Below are positions 10,350 through 21,944 of a stretch of DNA of 64,000 bases, piece by piece. The DNA is taken from contig OX597824.1 of the NCBI GenBank assembly GCA_951406725.2, forward strand, positions 85,870,001-85,934,000. The letters run 5' to 3'. Positions within the stretch are counted from its first letter, which is position 1, and the number at the start of each line of letters is the position of its first letter. Made by a program: the position numbers and the translations under genes. Source of the DNA: Octopus vulgaris (taxonomy: Eukaryota). Under the pieces are notes generated by a model, which did not search any database, was not told the origin of the DNA, and saw only the letters and a list, made by a program, of their open reading frames with translations.

Positions 10350-11880
10350 TCACTCAACATACGAGACAGCCTCTCTGGGATGTTGTTTATACTTTCTGCA
10401 AACCCCTTGTCATTCATTTTAAGGAAGTCAGATGTATGTTTCACTGGTTCACAAGGAAACAGAAATACCAAAATTACACACTGTTTCTTTGTGGATGACT
10501 TAAAACTTTATGCAAAGAATATGCATGAGATGCAAAAGATCCTTGACCTACAAAATTCTCAAAGGAAGTGGGGTTGGAGTTTGGTCAGGATAAATGTTGA
10601 TATATGGTTGTGAAAAGGGGGAGAACTATAGACCAGACTAGTAACATCTCCATCAATGAATGTCGCATCATATCCCTTCGGCCACATCTTTTAACCACAA
10701 AGCGTCGAAGTGCATCACTTGACCAAGTTTGCATACATGCAGCTGATGACATCATAAGACTTGGAAGGCAGCTCCTTGAGCAGCATTTCTTGTCTGATAA
10801 CCTTAAATACATGCCCAAAGAAGTTGCACAACTCAGCTACAACTTATCATCAGATGAAAGGATGAGCCTATATGAGCAGAAGACTATGCATGGATATGTT
10901 AGTAGAAGGCTTCGAGATGATAGCAACATTGATCATCAAAGCAGTCTATCATGGACCAACAACCAGATTACTACCTCCTACTTTGAAGGGTATGAGTTTG
11001 CAATATAGTGGCAGGAAATATCAACCAAATACCCGATGCACAAAAGGGACAGAAGGGCAGGAAAAGCAGTAAAATATGACAACTGATGCAGGTTTTGTGA
11101 AGTTAACACCGAAGATATCACCTACATCATAAGCAGTTGTCTGAAAATGTCATCACGGTATTATCTATCGGTGAGACATGACGTTGTAGCTAGGACACTC
11201 TGAATTGAAATCCGTCGGAAGGATAACCTCGAGGACAAAGAAATAAGAACCCAAAATATGGTAGAAGCCATAGCCACTCATAATAAAAAGGAATACTGGT
11301 GGAATGTACCAGTGAAGACCTCAATAACATGTAAGCACAACAGACCTAAATATAATGATTTGGGATAGAGAAGAGAAACTGTGTACAGTTGTGGAAATTA
11401 GCTGATGTTAATATAAAGCTGAAGATCAGTGAAAAAGAGAACACCTATGCTGAACTATTGAGAAATCTGCGGTTACTCTATCCAGATTACAAGTTCAGGT
11501 TTATACCTGTAATTTTGGGGGCACGGGCATATGTAACACACTGCCAATAATACCAATCTTGAGAAATTAGGCTTCTCAAAACCAGAAAGGAGAAAGCTGA
11601 TTCGAAGACTACAGATCCACTGAAACTGTAAAAATGGGGAAAACTTTCAAGAAGTTTATCATATAAGTATATATGAGCATGAGAAGAGATGCATAAAACA
11701 AAACATACAAATCTGCACGTATGCATACATGCATGCATACATACATACATACATACATACATACATACATACATACATACATACATACTGTGTTGTCGAT
11801 GTTGAAATTCCAATAAGGGAGCCTTGGATCTAGGTTAGAAACCGGTTCTTTCAAGAAATCTTTAAAGGAATTTTGAATAA
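10350..11880 (+). mobile_element. Degraded R4/Dong-like non-LTR retrotransposon (RT fragment, CCHC knuckle, REL endonuclease)
   Basis: DSLSGMLFILSANPLSF; HCFFVDDLKLYAK; CRFC...EDITYIISSC...RHDVVAR; WWNVPVKT...HNRP...IWDREEKLCTVVEI; KENTYAEL. Stops, frameshifts and an internal deletion. Confidence 0.85.
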
Positions 11881-11990
11881 TGACATACATACATACATAC
11901 ATACATACATGCATGCATGCATACATGCATGCATACATACATACATGCATACATACATGCATACATGCATGTATGCATACATAGACATAT
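11720..11990. repeat. (TACA)n/(TGCA)n microsatellites
   Basis: Direct reading. Confidence 0.9.
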
Positions 11991-12814
11991 GCATAAACGT
12001 TATGGAAGAAGAGGCGTGCTCAAGGCAGACCCCCTGAGACCGATGAGGTTGATACCGTTAACAGGGATTGCAAGTCAATAACTGAAAGGGTAAACTTACG
12101 CGGAGAGGGGATTCCGGACGGCGGACGTTGCAGAAAAGAAGGGTTATATGAAGCAGTCAGCAAAGGCCGTCGATAAGATGGAAACACAATGTGTACCAAT
12201 CATTAATTCCTTGTCTCGGACTAAAATAGTCCGATACTGTCATCGATCGCATATTGCCGATTACCAATGTAACTGCGAGACGATTTAAATACACTCGTCA
12301 TTGCTCAGAATTTCGATTGAAATGAGAAACAAACACATAAACAAAAGAAGTCAGATTTTCGTCAGCAGCTGCCGCAGTTAGTTTGTTCAGAATTGATTCC
12401 TACTCAAGATTTCCACTGAGGACATATTTTAAGATATTTTTCTTCCATATTGGTAACAAAGTCATCCGTAAAAAATATCGTTTCGACATTTTCTATTTTA
12501 TCTCAAAAGATACCGAACGACATTGACCTATCACGTCATAAACAAAACCTAAAAATAGTTTCATAAGACGCCTGTACAATTCAAACATGGCAGGCGTATA
12601 TTTGTAGACTAATTGAAACATTAGGATACAAGCAAAACATGGAGATATTTCCAAAATCAAATATTCATCTGTAGACCAATGAAGTCTAGATTTTCTACTC
12701 TGCGGAAATCTTAAATGATAGCGTACTGCTTTTTTTTCTCTCTCAAGAAAAGAAAGCTTTTACGTACAGTCTTCGAACTCCGAAGTCTAAGATTAACTGC
12801 TTAACTTTCATAGT

Positions 12815-13774
12815 ATGAGGACATTGGGTGTAGCACCATCTCAGTACCAACCAATTACATCGAAGCAAAGCAGAAAATTTGAGAAACCTTTAGCGCAGTT
12901 GCACAAAGAAATTCTTACAAGTTTTAATATCCACAGCCCTGACGCAAAGCGTTTATCTCAACATTTCGACACAACTAAAAGTAAAACAAAAAAACAGTTT
13001 AGTCAAAATGATAAATACACAGAGAAAGCTTGCGCGGAAAAAGTGAATAATGCAGCCGATAGAAGCAGACGACAAAACGGTGACAGAAAAGGGTCATGGA
13101 ATGTGAGCCGGAATACTTCTGTGCATGATGATAAATACACAGAGAAAGCATGTGCGGAAAAAGTGAAAAATGGAGCTGATATAAGCAGACGACAAGGAAG
13201 GGGTGACATAAAAGATAAGCGTAATGTAAATTGGACAAATAAATATGATACAGAACCTTCGACTGTTCTTCAAAGATTATTGCAAACAAAGACAATGGCT
13301 GAGAAATATTTCAGCTCACAGACACAACAATTTTACAAAACTAGAGCTATTCAGAAACTTATAGACATTTTCTCAGAAAGTCAACAACAGCCGCTGTTTG
13401 CCAAAACAACCCACCCGCATATCAGAAACTATCAGAAAGTTCCTGCTGTTCTAACACCCCTTTTTCTATATCTAATGGTTTGCAAGATCTATCTAGATGA
13501 GAAAGTATCCCTCGGTATGGGAGACCGTAATACAATGCTGTTATATGACAAAATACATTACAGTTTGGAAGTTTTGACATCAAATGTTTCCGAAGAATTG
13601 GTCTCGAGTCCAAGTACGCGGATGACATTTGCCAAGTTAAAAGAGAAACTTAATCATTTAGATGACAACTTCAAAATGACTTTGAAGACTGAACGAGAAT
13701 CTTACTATCAGTTAGATCTGTGCTATACTTCAAACATCTACCGAAAAGTATATCTAAACCGATCACCAAATTGA
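12815..13774 (+). CDS. Uncharacterised 319-aa protein with a 40-aa internal duplication (single exon or terminal exon)
   Basis: 960-nt stop-free, non-repetitive frame in AT-rich DNA. The 120-nt duplication (13010/13130) differs by synonymous changes (gct/gca, tgc/tgt, gcc/gct) and an in-frame 3-nt indel. Upstream in-frame TAA at 12794; possible acceptor ttcatag| at 12813. Confidence 0.65.
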   Translation: MRTLGVAPSQYQPITSKQSRKFEKPLAQLHKEILTSFNIHSPDAKRLSQHFDTTKSKTKKQFSQNDKYTEKACAEKVNNAADRSRRQNGDRKGSWNVSRNTSVHDDKYTEKACAEKVKNGADISRRQGRGDIKDKRNVNWTNKYDTEPSTVLQRLLQTKTMAEKYFSSQTQQFYKTRAIQKLIDIFSESQQQPLFAKTTHPHIRNYQKVPAVLTPLFLYLMVCKIYLDEKVSLGMGDRNTMLLYDKIHYSLEVLTSNVSEELVSSPSTRMTFAKLKEKLNHLDDNFKMTLKTERESYYQLDLCYTSNIYRKVYLNRSPN

Positions 13775-13935
13775 GTAATATCAATATATTGGTCATTTTT
13801 TAGCTTGTATTTTTCAGAGATCTTTTGTAAATATTCCTACATCTTCATCGAAACCGAGCAGTAAGAAATTTCAGCAATACAAATTATATCGATTTATTCG
13901 TAATTTTCATTTATTTTCTTATTTTCTGTGTGTGA

Positions 13936-14000
<65 letters not shown>

Positions 14001-14104
14001 GTGTTGTGTTTGTGTGTATCTATGGAATGTATGTAAATATATGCATGTATGTATATGTGTGTGTGTGTGTGGCCTATGCTGTGTATGTGTGTGTGTGTGT
14101 GTGT

Positions 14105-14537
14105 AGTGGCTGTGTAGTAAGAAGTTCGTTACCCTACCACATGGTTCTTAGTTCAGTCCCACAGTGTGGCACCTTGGGCAAGTGTCTTCTACTATAGCCT
14201 CAGGCTGACCAAAGCCTTATGAGTGGATTTGGTAGACGGAAGCAGAAAAAAGTCCATCATATATATATATATATTTGATGGACTCAAGGAATCTAATGCT
14301 CTTAGCTTAGTTTTTCTTCGAGGCTGGCCAGATTGGAGCACTCTCAAGTATAATCAGCCGAAATCGCGAAGATAATCTGGCACTTGATTGAGGAAAGAAA
14401 ACTTCGAATGACCCGTCCTTGTTTTCTTTATATCGTCTATCTGGATGTATTGTCCCATTTTTGTATCACCTAGCTGTTCGGATGTTTTTCGTTCTTCTCC
14501 CATTTTGTATTATATATATACATACATACACGCACGC

Positions 14538-14593
<56 letters not shown>

Positions 14594-14812
14594 GTGTGTG
14601 TGTGTGTGAGCGTGTGTGTGTTTGTCCCTCACCCCCGCTTGGCAACAGGTATTGCTGTGTTTATGTCCCTGTAAATTTGCGGTTCGACAAAAGAAACCGA
14701 CAGAATAAATATCAAGCTTAAATAAGTAGTGGAGTTGGTTTATTCGACTAAAAATCCTTCAAGGTGTTGCCCCAGCATGACCGCAGTCAAATAAGTGAAA
14801 CAAGTAAAAGAG
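14105..14812 (+). mobile_element. SINE family A split by a roughly 240-bp insertion in its (TA)n middle
   Basis: 5' half at 14105-14260 and 3' half at about 14610-14812; foreign segment at 14273-14510. Confidence 0.75.
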
Positions 14813-14842
14813 TAAAACACAAACGGTAATATATATTGTATA

Positions 14843-15075
14843 AAGGCGGCGAGCTGGCAGAAACGTTAGCACGCTGGGCGAAATGCGTAGCCGTATTTCG
14901 TCTGTCATTACGTTCTGAGTTCAAATTCCGCCGAGGTCAACTTTGCCTTTCATCCTTTCGGGGTCGATAAATTAAGTACCAGTTACGCACTGGGGTCGAT
15001 ATAATCGACTTAATACCTATGTCTGTCCTTGTTTGTCCCCTCTATGTTTAGCCCCTTGTGGGCAATAAAGAAATA
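14843..15075 (+). mobile_element. SINE family B monomer with 18-bp TSD
   Basis: ggtaatatatattgtata at 14825-14842 and 15076-15093; tRNA-like head ggcggcgagctggcagaaacg...gagttcaaattcc. Confidence 0.93.
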
Positions 15076-15331
15076 GGTAATATATATTGTATATATATAT
15101 ATATATATATATATAATTCATCAAAACAAAAACACGATAAAAAACAACAAAAGAAGAACAACAACGCGAGCACGTGGTACAAGCAAAGTATTATCAGACG
15201 CTCAGTGAAGGAAAGAAAGGTAGCTTTATGTTTCGAGCATATGGCCATGCTGGAGCACCACCTTCAGGAACAGGAGATGAAGGAAAGTCCAAGAGAAAAG
15301 AAAGACAGAAGGAAAAAAATCGCCAACGATA

Positions 15332-15496
15332 TAGACGCAGGAGTGGCTATGTGGTAAGTAGCTTGCTTATCAACCACATGGTTCCGGGTTCAGTCCCACT
15401 GCGTGGCACCTTGGGCAAGTGTCTTCTGCTATAGCTTCGAGCCAACCAAAGCCTTGTGAGTGGATTTGGTAGACGGAAACTGAAAGAAGCCCGTCG

Positions 15497-15528
<32 letters not shown>

Positions 15529-16001
15529 TGTATGTATGTATGTATGTATGTATGTATGTATGTATGTATGTATGTATGTATGTATGTATGTATGTATGTA
15601 TGTATGTATGTATGTATGTATGTATGTATGTATGTATGTATGTATGTATGTATGTATGTATGTATGTATGTATGTATGTATGTATGTATGTATGTATGTA
15701 TGTATGTATGTATGTATGTATGTATGTATGTATGTATGTATGTATGTATGTATGTATGTATGTATGTATGTATGTATGTATGTATGTATGTATGTATGTA
15801 TGTATATGTTTGTGTGTCTGTGTTTGTCCCGCCAACATCGCTTGATAACCGATGGTGGTGCGTTTACGTCCCCGTTACTTAGCGGTTCGGCAAAAGAGAC
15901 CGATGGAATAAGTACTAGGCTTCCAAAGAATAAGTCCTGAGGTCGATTTGCTTGACCGAAGGTGGTGCTCCAGCATGGCCACAGTCAAATGACTGAAACA
16001 A

Positions 16002-16006
<5 letters not shown>
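15332..16006 (+). mobile_element. SINE family A with a perfect (ATGT)n expansion of about 300 bp
   Basis: Head at 15332, (ATGT)n at 15500-15803, tail running into (AG)n. Confidence 0.92.
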
Positions 16007-16056
<50 letters not shown>

Positions 16057-16352
16057 GAGATACACATATAGTTTCATTTTGAAATGACTGGAAGAGAATG
16101 GGTGAAGAAAAAGTTCTTTCTAAGACGGGAGAGTGTAAGAGAACGAGGTGTCTGCGTGTATGTATGTGTGTGTATGTATTGTGAGTGCAGTGTTAGTTGT
16201 CTATATACGTATGTGTGAGTGAAATTTGTGTCTGTTAATGTTGTAGGAAGGATTCAGCAACGTGGTTACAGGAGTGGTGGTCTTTTGTGTAGTTGTTTTT
16301 TTTTTTTACAGGAGCCTAGAGGAATGGTCAGTAGAACGCTGACTGGCCAATA

Positions 16353-16769
16353 AAGCGGCGAGCTGGCAGAAACGTTAGCACGCCGGGCGAAATGCTTAGC
16401 CGTATTTCGTCTGCCGCTACGTTCTGAGTTCAAATTCCGCCGAGGTCGACTTTGCCTTTCATCCTTTCGGGGTCGATAAATTAAGTACCAGTTATGCACT
16501 GGGCTCGATATAATCGACTTAATCCGTTTGTCTATCCTTGTTTGTCCTCTCTGCGTTTAGCCCCTTGTGGGTAGTAAAGAAATAGGTATTTCGTCTGTCT
16601 TTACGTTCCGAGTTCAAATTCCGCCGAAGTCGACTTTGCCTTTCATCCTTTCGGGATCGATAAATTAAGTACCAGTTACGCACTGAGGTCGCTATAATCG
16701 ACTTAGTCCGTTTGTCTGTCCTTGTTTGTCCCCTCTGTGTTTAGCTCCTTGTGGGTAGTAAAGAAATAA
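16353..16769 (+). mobile_element. SINE family B dimer
   Basis: One head followed by two body units. Confidence 0.92.
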
Positions 16770-16999
16770 GAAAGGTGACTGGCAGTTTGAAGCATGTGTA
16801 TGTGTGTGCATGTATGTGTATGCGTCTATGTATATGCTGTGTGTGTGTTTTGTGTGTGGTGTGTGTGCGTGCGTCAGTATGTGCGCAGGTGTGTGTGAGT
16901 ACGTGTGCGTGTGTGTATGTGCGTGTGTATGTGTGTGTGCGTCGGGTTGTGTGTGTGGCGGTATACGTGCGTCCTTCTGCGCGTGCATGTGTGTGGGGG

Positions 17000-17152
17000 A
17001 GAGCTTTGTAGAAAGCTAAGATTTGAACATACTGATAAATGGTATGAATATGAACCTAGTAAAGTACTAGAAAGTAAAAGATACGAGATGTGGGACTTTA
17101 GCATTCAGACTGACAGAGTAATAGAAGCTGGAAGACCTGATTTGGTAGCAGT
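17000..17152 (+). mobile_element. R4/Dong-like REL endonuclease fragment
   Basis: ELCRKLRFEHTDKWYEYEPSKVLESKRYEMWDFSIQTDRVIEAGRPDLV matches the KWY..P...WDF.IQTD..I...RPD motif. Confidence 0.8.
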
Positions 17153-17232
17153 AGGCCTCGAAACCGGTTTTATATTATGATCAGTAAAACCGAAACCGAT
17201 TTGCCAAAACCTATCTTAAGGCTTGCTGTTTC

Positions 17233-17347
17233 GGATCTTTTCAATAAAAGATATTTTATGTAACACATTCTACCAGTATACGAAGTTTAATAGTGTTTAG
17301 TTACAAATAACTATTTTTTAAATGTACCGGTCGAAGTGAAAAGATCC
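17233..17347. mobile_element. Internally deleted copy of the Merlin-like MITE
   Basis: ggatcttttc...gaaaagatcc termini; flanks gctgtttc/gctgtttt; interior matches 36440-36537. Confidence 0.72.
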
Positions 17348-17691
17348 GCTGTTTTTTTTTTTTTTTTCGCAAAACATTTCTCCATTTTTTTCTTTTCAAG
17401 TAATATCATTGAAACTGAACTAATTGAACTGTTGTCGGTCGCCTTTAGTTGAGAGCATTCCACAGACACGTGTACCCTTAACGTAGCAGAATATTTGCTG
17501 TAGTCCATTTTTTATACCAAGACAAAACAATGTACATGATAACACTTCCAATCAGTTAAGATCAGAAGCCATGAAAGTCACCGCCTGGTACTGCTTCAGG
17601 GCATTGTTGTTGTTCTTGTTGTTGTTGTTGTTGTTGTTGTAGTTGAGACAGCAGCAATAGCAGTAACAACAACAGCAACAACAAAAACAAC

Positions 17692-18017
17692 AGGAGCACT
17701 CCGTCGGTTGCGACGACGAGGGTCCCAGCTGATACGATCAACGGAACAGCTTGCTCGTGAAATTAACCTGCAAGTGGCTGAGCATTCCACAGACACGTGT
17801 ACCCTTAACGTAGTTCTCAGGGAGATTCAGTGCGACACAGAGTGTGACAAGGCCGTCCCTTTGAAATACAGGTACAACGCATTTTTGCCAGCTGAGTGGA
17901 CTGGAGCAACGTGAAGTAAAGTGTCTTGCTCAAGGACACAACGCGTCGCCGGGAATTGAACTCGCGACCTTACGACCGTGAGCCGAATGCCCTAACCACT
18001 AAGCCACGCGCCTTCAC
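17692..18017 (-). mobile_element. SINE sharing the family C head and CORE-like domain but with a different 3' body (family E)
   Basis: Reverse-complement head gtgaaggcgcgtggcttagtggttaggg...gagttcaattccc; CORE-like tgtgtccttgagcaagacact; distinct 3' part. Confidence 0.85.
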
Positions 18018-18139
18018 AGAACAACAACAACAGCAGCAACAACAGCTAACTTACCACTACTAAAAATGTCAACATCGACATCACAGGAACAACAAGAAAA
18101 CAATGACAGCTAACAACAACAACAACGCTAACGAGAACA

Positions 18140-18582
18140 CAGCCACCTCCACCACCACCGCCGCCACCACCACTACCACAACCACCGCCGCCACAACCAC
18201 CACCAAAACCACCACCACCACCACCACTACAACTACTACCACCACCACCACCACCACTACCACCACCACTACCACCACCACCACCACCGCCGCCACCACA
18301 ACCACCGCCGCCACCACCACCACCACCACCAAAACCACCACCACCGCCGCCGCCACCACCACCACTACCACTACCACCGCCGCCGCCACCACCACCACCA
18401 ACCACTACCACCACCACCACCACCACCACCACCACCGCCGCCACCACCATCATCACCACCACCACTACCACCATCACCACTACCATACCCATCACTGTCA
18501 TCGCTGCAACCACCACCTCCACTACCACCACCACCATCACCACCTCCACCACCACCACCACTACCACTACCACCGCCACCAC
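18140..18582. repeat. (ACC)n-rich trinucleotide repeat
   Basis: Direct reading; source of the poly-Thr/His/Gly/Val ORFs. Confidence 0.92.
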
Positions 18583-18968
18583 TCGCAGAAACATTAATAC
18601 AGCGGACACTGGCCGTTCTTATTTCTTAAACAAAATGGGAACGGTTAGTTTTGTGCAAACAAAGTGTGTTGTCGACTGGAAAAACCGTTAAGTGACACCA
18701 AAGCGCACTTGACAAAGAATGGCAGAATAATATTACCAAACGCACAAAAGGGAATACGAGAAGATACTAGGGGAAAAAAAACGCAATTATCTACGAGTGT
18801 ATTTCATCAAAATTTAGTGACGCAATCCTAGATCGAAAAATGCTTAAGGCAAGTCTGGGGAATAAAAACTTACGTCACCCGTGGGAGTCGCTGTGGCACA
18901 TTTGGGGTGAGATTCTCAACTGAAGAATTAGTCGAAGAGAGTGTAACAACAACCCTCAAATAAAATAA

Positions 18969-19437
18969 ATGCGCCCTTTTAAAGCCTAGCCAGGCTCATG
19001 GGCCCGGTTTCCCGGTTTCTAAGTTAGGTTTAGTTAAGTTAATTTTTTGGCTCAAAAAGCAAAAAGCAAGGCCATGTAGGGGGACATGGAGTTATGTACA
19101 GGGAGGGTGTTCATGCAAAGAGTTCAGGCCATTTCTGGTCAAGAGAGACTTTGAACCGAGCGGTCGTCGGCATCTTCACCATCTCGTCCGGCAGCTTATT
19201 CCACGGATCCGCAACCCGGACGGAGAAAGCCCCTCTCCTTCGATTGAGATGGCCTTCCCTAGCTGGACGGAACGCCAGTCCATCGCATTTTTTGCCAGCT
19301 GAGTGGACTGGAGCAATGTGAAATGAAGTGTTTTGCTCAAGAACACAACGCGTCGCTCGGTCCAGGAATCGAAACCACAATCTTACGATCGTCATGCTGA
19401 CACCCTAACCATTAACCATTAAGCCACGCGCCTCCAC
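18969..19437 (-). mobile_element. SINE family C interrupted by a LINE 3' end
   Basis: Tail at 18969-19020 and head/body at 19255-19437. Confidence 0.85.
19021..19254 (-). mobile_element. CR1/L2-group LINE 3' end (5'-truncated)
   Basis: HLNRRRGAFSVRVADPWNKLPDEMVKMPTTARFKVSLDQKW (the F..RV...WN.LP motif), then a short 3' UTR and an (ACTTA/ACCTA)-like tail. Confidence 0.82.
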
Positions 19438-19445
19438 AAATAATA

Positions 19446-19486
<41 letters not shown>

Positions 19487-19592
19487 AGCAACAACAACAA
19501 CAACAATAACAACAATAATAATAATAATAATAGTGATAATAATAATAGCAACAAAAACAGCAACAACAACAACAATAATAATAATAATAATA

Positions 19593-19630
<38 letters not shown>

Positions 19631-19940
19631 AGTAATAATAATAGTAATTTGAAGAAAACGAAACAAATAAATCCCAGATCTTGTCAGCGATGTGGAATTG
19701 AAACCTCGGTCACTGATCTTTCGTGTCTCTTACAAACGAACATAATTATTTCTCAAGTTTAATGTAATATTATTCCGCGGTTTCTATCGGAGCATGCAAA
19801 TAGATATTGTCAGCTGTGGGGCGATATTAAATGTATGTGTGTGTGTGTATGTGTGTGTGTGTGTGTGTGTGTACGCGTCTATGCCTGTATCCATATATGT
19901 ATGTCTCTTTAAAATATGCATACCAATGACACATATATCT

Positions 19941-19982
<42 letters not shown>

Positions 19983-20191
19983 GTGTGTGTGTGTGTGTGT
20001 GTATGTGCGTGAGAGACAGACAGACAGACAGACAGACAGATAGTAGTGTGTAGAAGTGATAGTACATAGGCAAATAAACTCACGCATATATATACACGCA
20101 TACATTCATAAATACACACACATATATGTATATATGTGAGAGCGTGTGTTTGTGTGTATATATACACATGTGTGTTCGCGTGTATATACAC

Positions 20192-20224
<33 letters not shown>

Positions 20225-20250
20225 GATACATATATATAAATACATATATG

Positions 20251-20286
<36 letters not shown>

Positions 20287-20355
20287 CATACACACACATT
20301 ATTTATATACGTACACATGCATACATATACATGTGCATATTCATATGCATGTATG

Positions 20356-20434
<79 letters not shown>

Positions 20435-20913
20435 GTGATACAGTTGCAATAGGAAACACAACCAGCTGACAACCAAACATTTTGTTCTGGTGGTGGGGTT
20501 GGGCAGGCGGGCTATAAATATTCTTTTACATCATAAACTGTCTTTTTTTTTGCATGTATGTGGGTCATTAGGATTTCATTTCATCGCCAGGGTTTTCGCA
20601 TAAGGCCCGACTGCAGCGGGGGTAATGAAGGTGGAGAGGATGGTCTTTGTAGGGGTCAGTGAATTGTACAGGGGTGGTAGTGGTGGTGCTGCAATTTGTA
20701 GGGGGTCGTAGTTGGGATAATCGTTATTGGTTGTCCCAAGTGAGTGTGGTTTTCATGACGATGGTGTTAGTGGCTTTGGTGGCAGCGCTGAGGGTGAGTA
20801 GTGGTTGTGGTAGTGGTAGTGGTTGTGATAGTGGCGATTGTAGCGTTGACTATTGCCTGTGGTGGTGATAGTAGTTGTGTGTGTGTGTATGCCTGTATGA
20901 ATGTGTGTGTATA

Positions 20914-20979
<66 letters not shown>

Positions 20980-21091
20980 CGGACAGACAGACAGAAAAAG
21001 AGAGGGAGTTTAAGCTCAGGCAAGTTAGTAGTTTTATACGTTTCGAGCATATGCTCTTCGGCAGAAAGAATATATGCGGAGAGAGTACGTA

Positions 21092-21145
<54 letters not shown>

Positions 21146-21191
21146 CAAAGTATTTCATTTTATAAATGTAATTATAAAATTATATTTAGAG

Positions 21192-21813
21192 CAACTTCTG
21201 AGTAACGCCACATTCAAGAAGACTCCAAATGACTCTAAAACTATCCTTATTTAATCACATAGGCACGGGGTAAAAGCAAGGGAATGAACAAAAAAGTTTT
21301 TTTTTTAAAGTTTAGCCATAGATCGATTCTGGTTTAGGTATGTAATACCCTTTACCATCCATAGTTTGATATAACCGAAGGTACATAATTATAACATTTA
21401 TACATACCATACGAACACAACGTATCAACAGTGCATAAAATATCTATGGAATAAATAAGATTCTTTATTGAGTGAAAAAACGGTATGGACGATTTGTTTT
21501 GGAATCTCGCAATATACGACTATGATGATTTACTTTCCCAATGAAACTCGGTTTTTTCTCAAACTCTTTCTCAAACCTGTTATAATGCGATACATGTCTT
21601 TGGTGTGGTAATTGTACGCGGCTGAAGAAGGCTCTTGATCTACCTGTTATATCAATTATGCATTGATATATAAGTTGTTCAATAAAGCCCGAAACATATG
21701 TACCGCAAAATCCTTTGCGTCCTCCTGTTTTTCTTTTGATACATATATGTAATAAATAAGGTAGTGTTAGTGTCATTTGGTGTCTTCTCGCATGTGGCGT
21801 TACTCAGTAGTTG
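21192..21813. mobile_element. Putative non-autonomous DNA element bounded by imperfect inverted repeats of about 60 bp
   Basis: caacttctgagtaacgccacattcaagaagactccaaatgac (from 21192) is the inverted match of 21753-21813. Confidence 0.55.
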
Positions 21814-21944
21814 TCCGTGTTATAAATTTATAGTTATGTTTATAAAATTATATATTTGTATTAATTTTTACCGAAATGGTTTTTTACATGCTAGCTACTT
21901 GATAAAATCATAGATTTTATCCTTGATTATAATGATATATAAGA

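Noticed and set aside
11997-12274. Possible solo LTR (also 56546-56830)
   Set aside because: GC-richer with a TATA-like motif, but no clean TG...CA termini or TSD could be established.
15347-15940. Long MYVC/HTYI/YI-repeat ORFs (also 19784-20480, 21895-22639, 44570-45773, 54019-54803)
   Set aside because: Translations of stop-free microsatellites, not genes.
17945-18017. tRNA genes at SINE heads
   Set aside because: A/B boxes are present, but each continues into a SINE body and lacks a proper acceptor stem and terminator.
18046-18609. Poly-Thr/His/Gly/Val ORFs resembling mucin or His-rich proteins
   Set aside because: Pure (ACC)n repeat open in several frames on both strands, with no unique flanking coding sequence.
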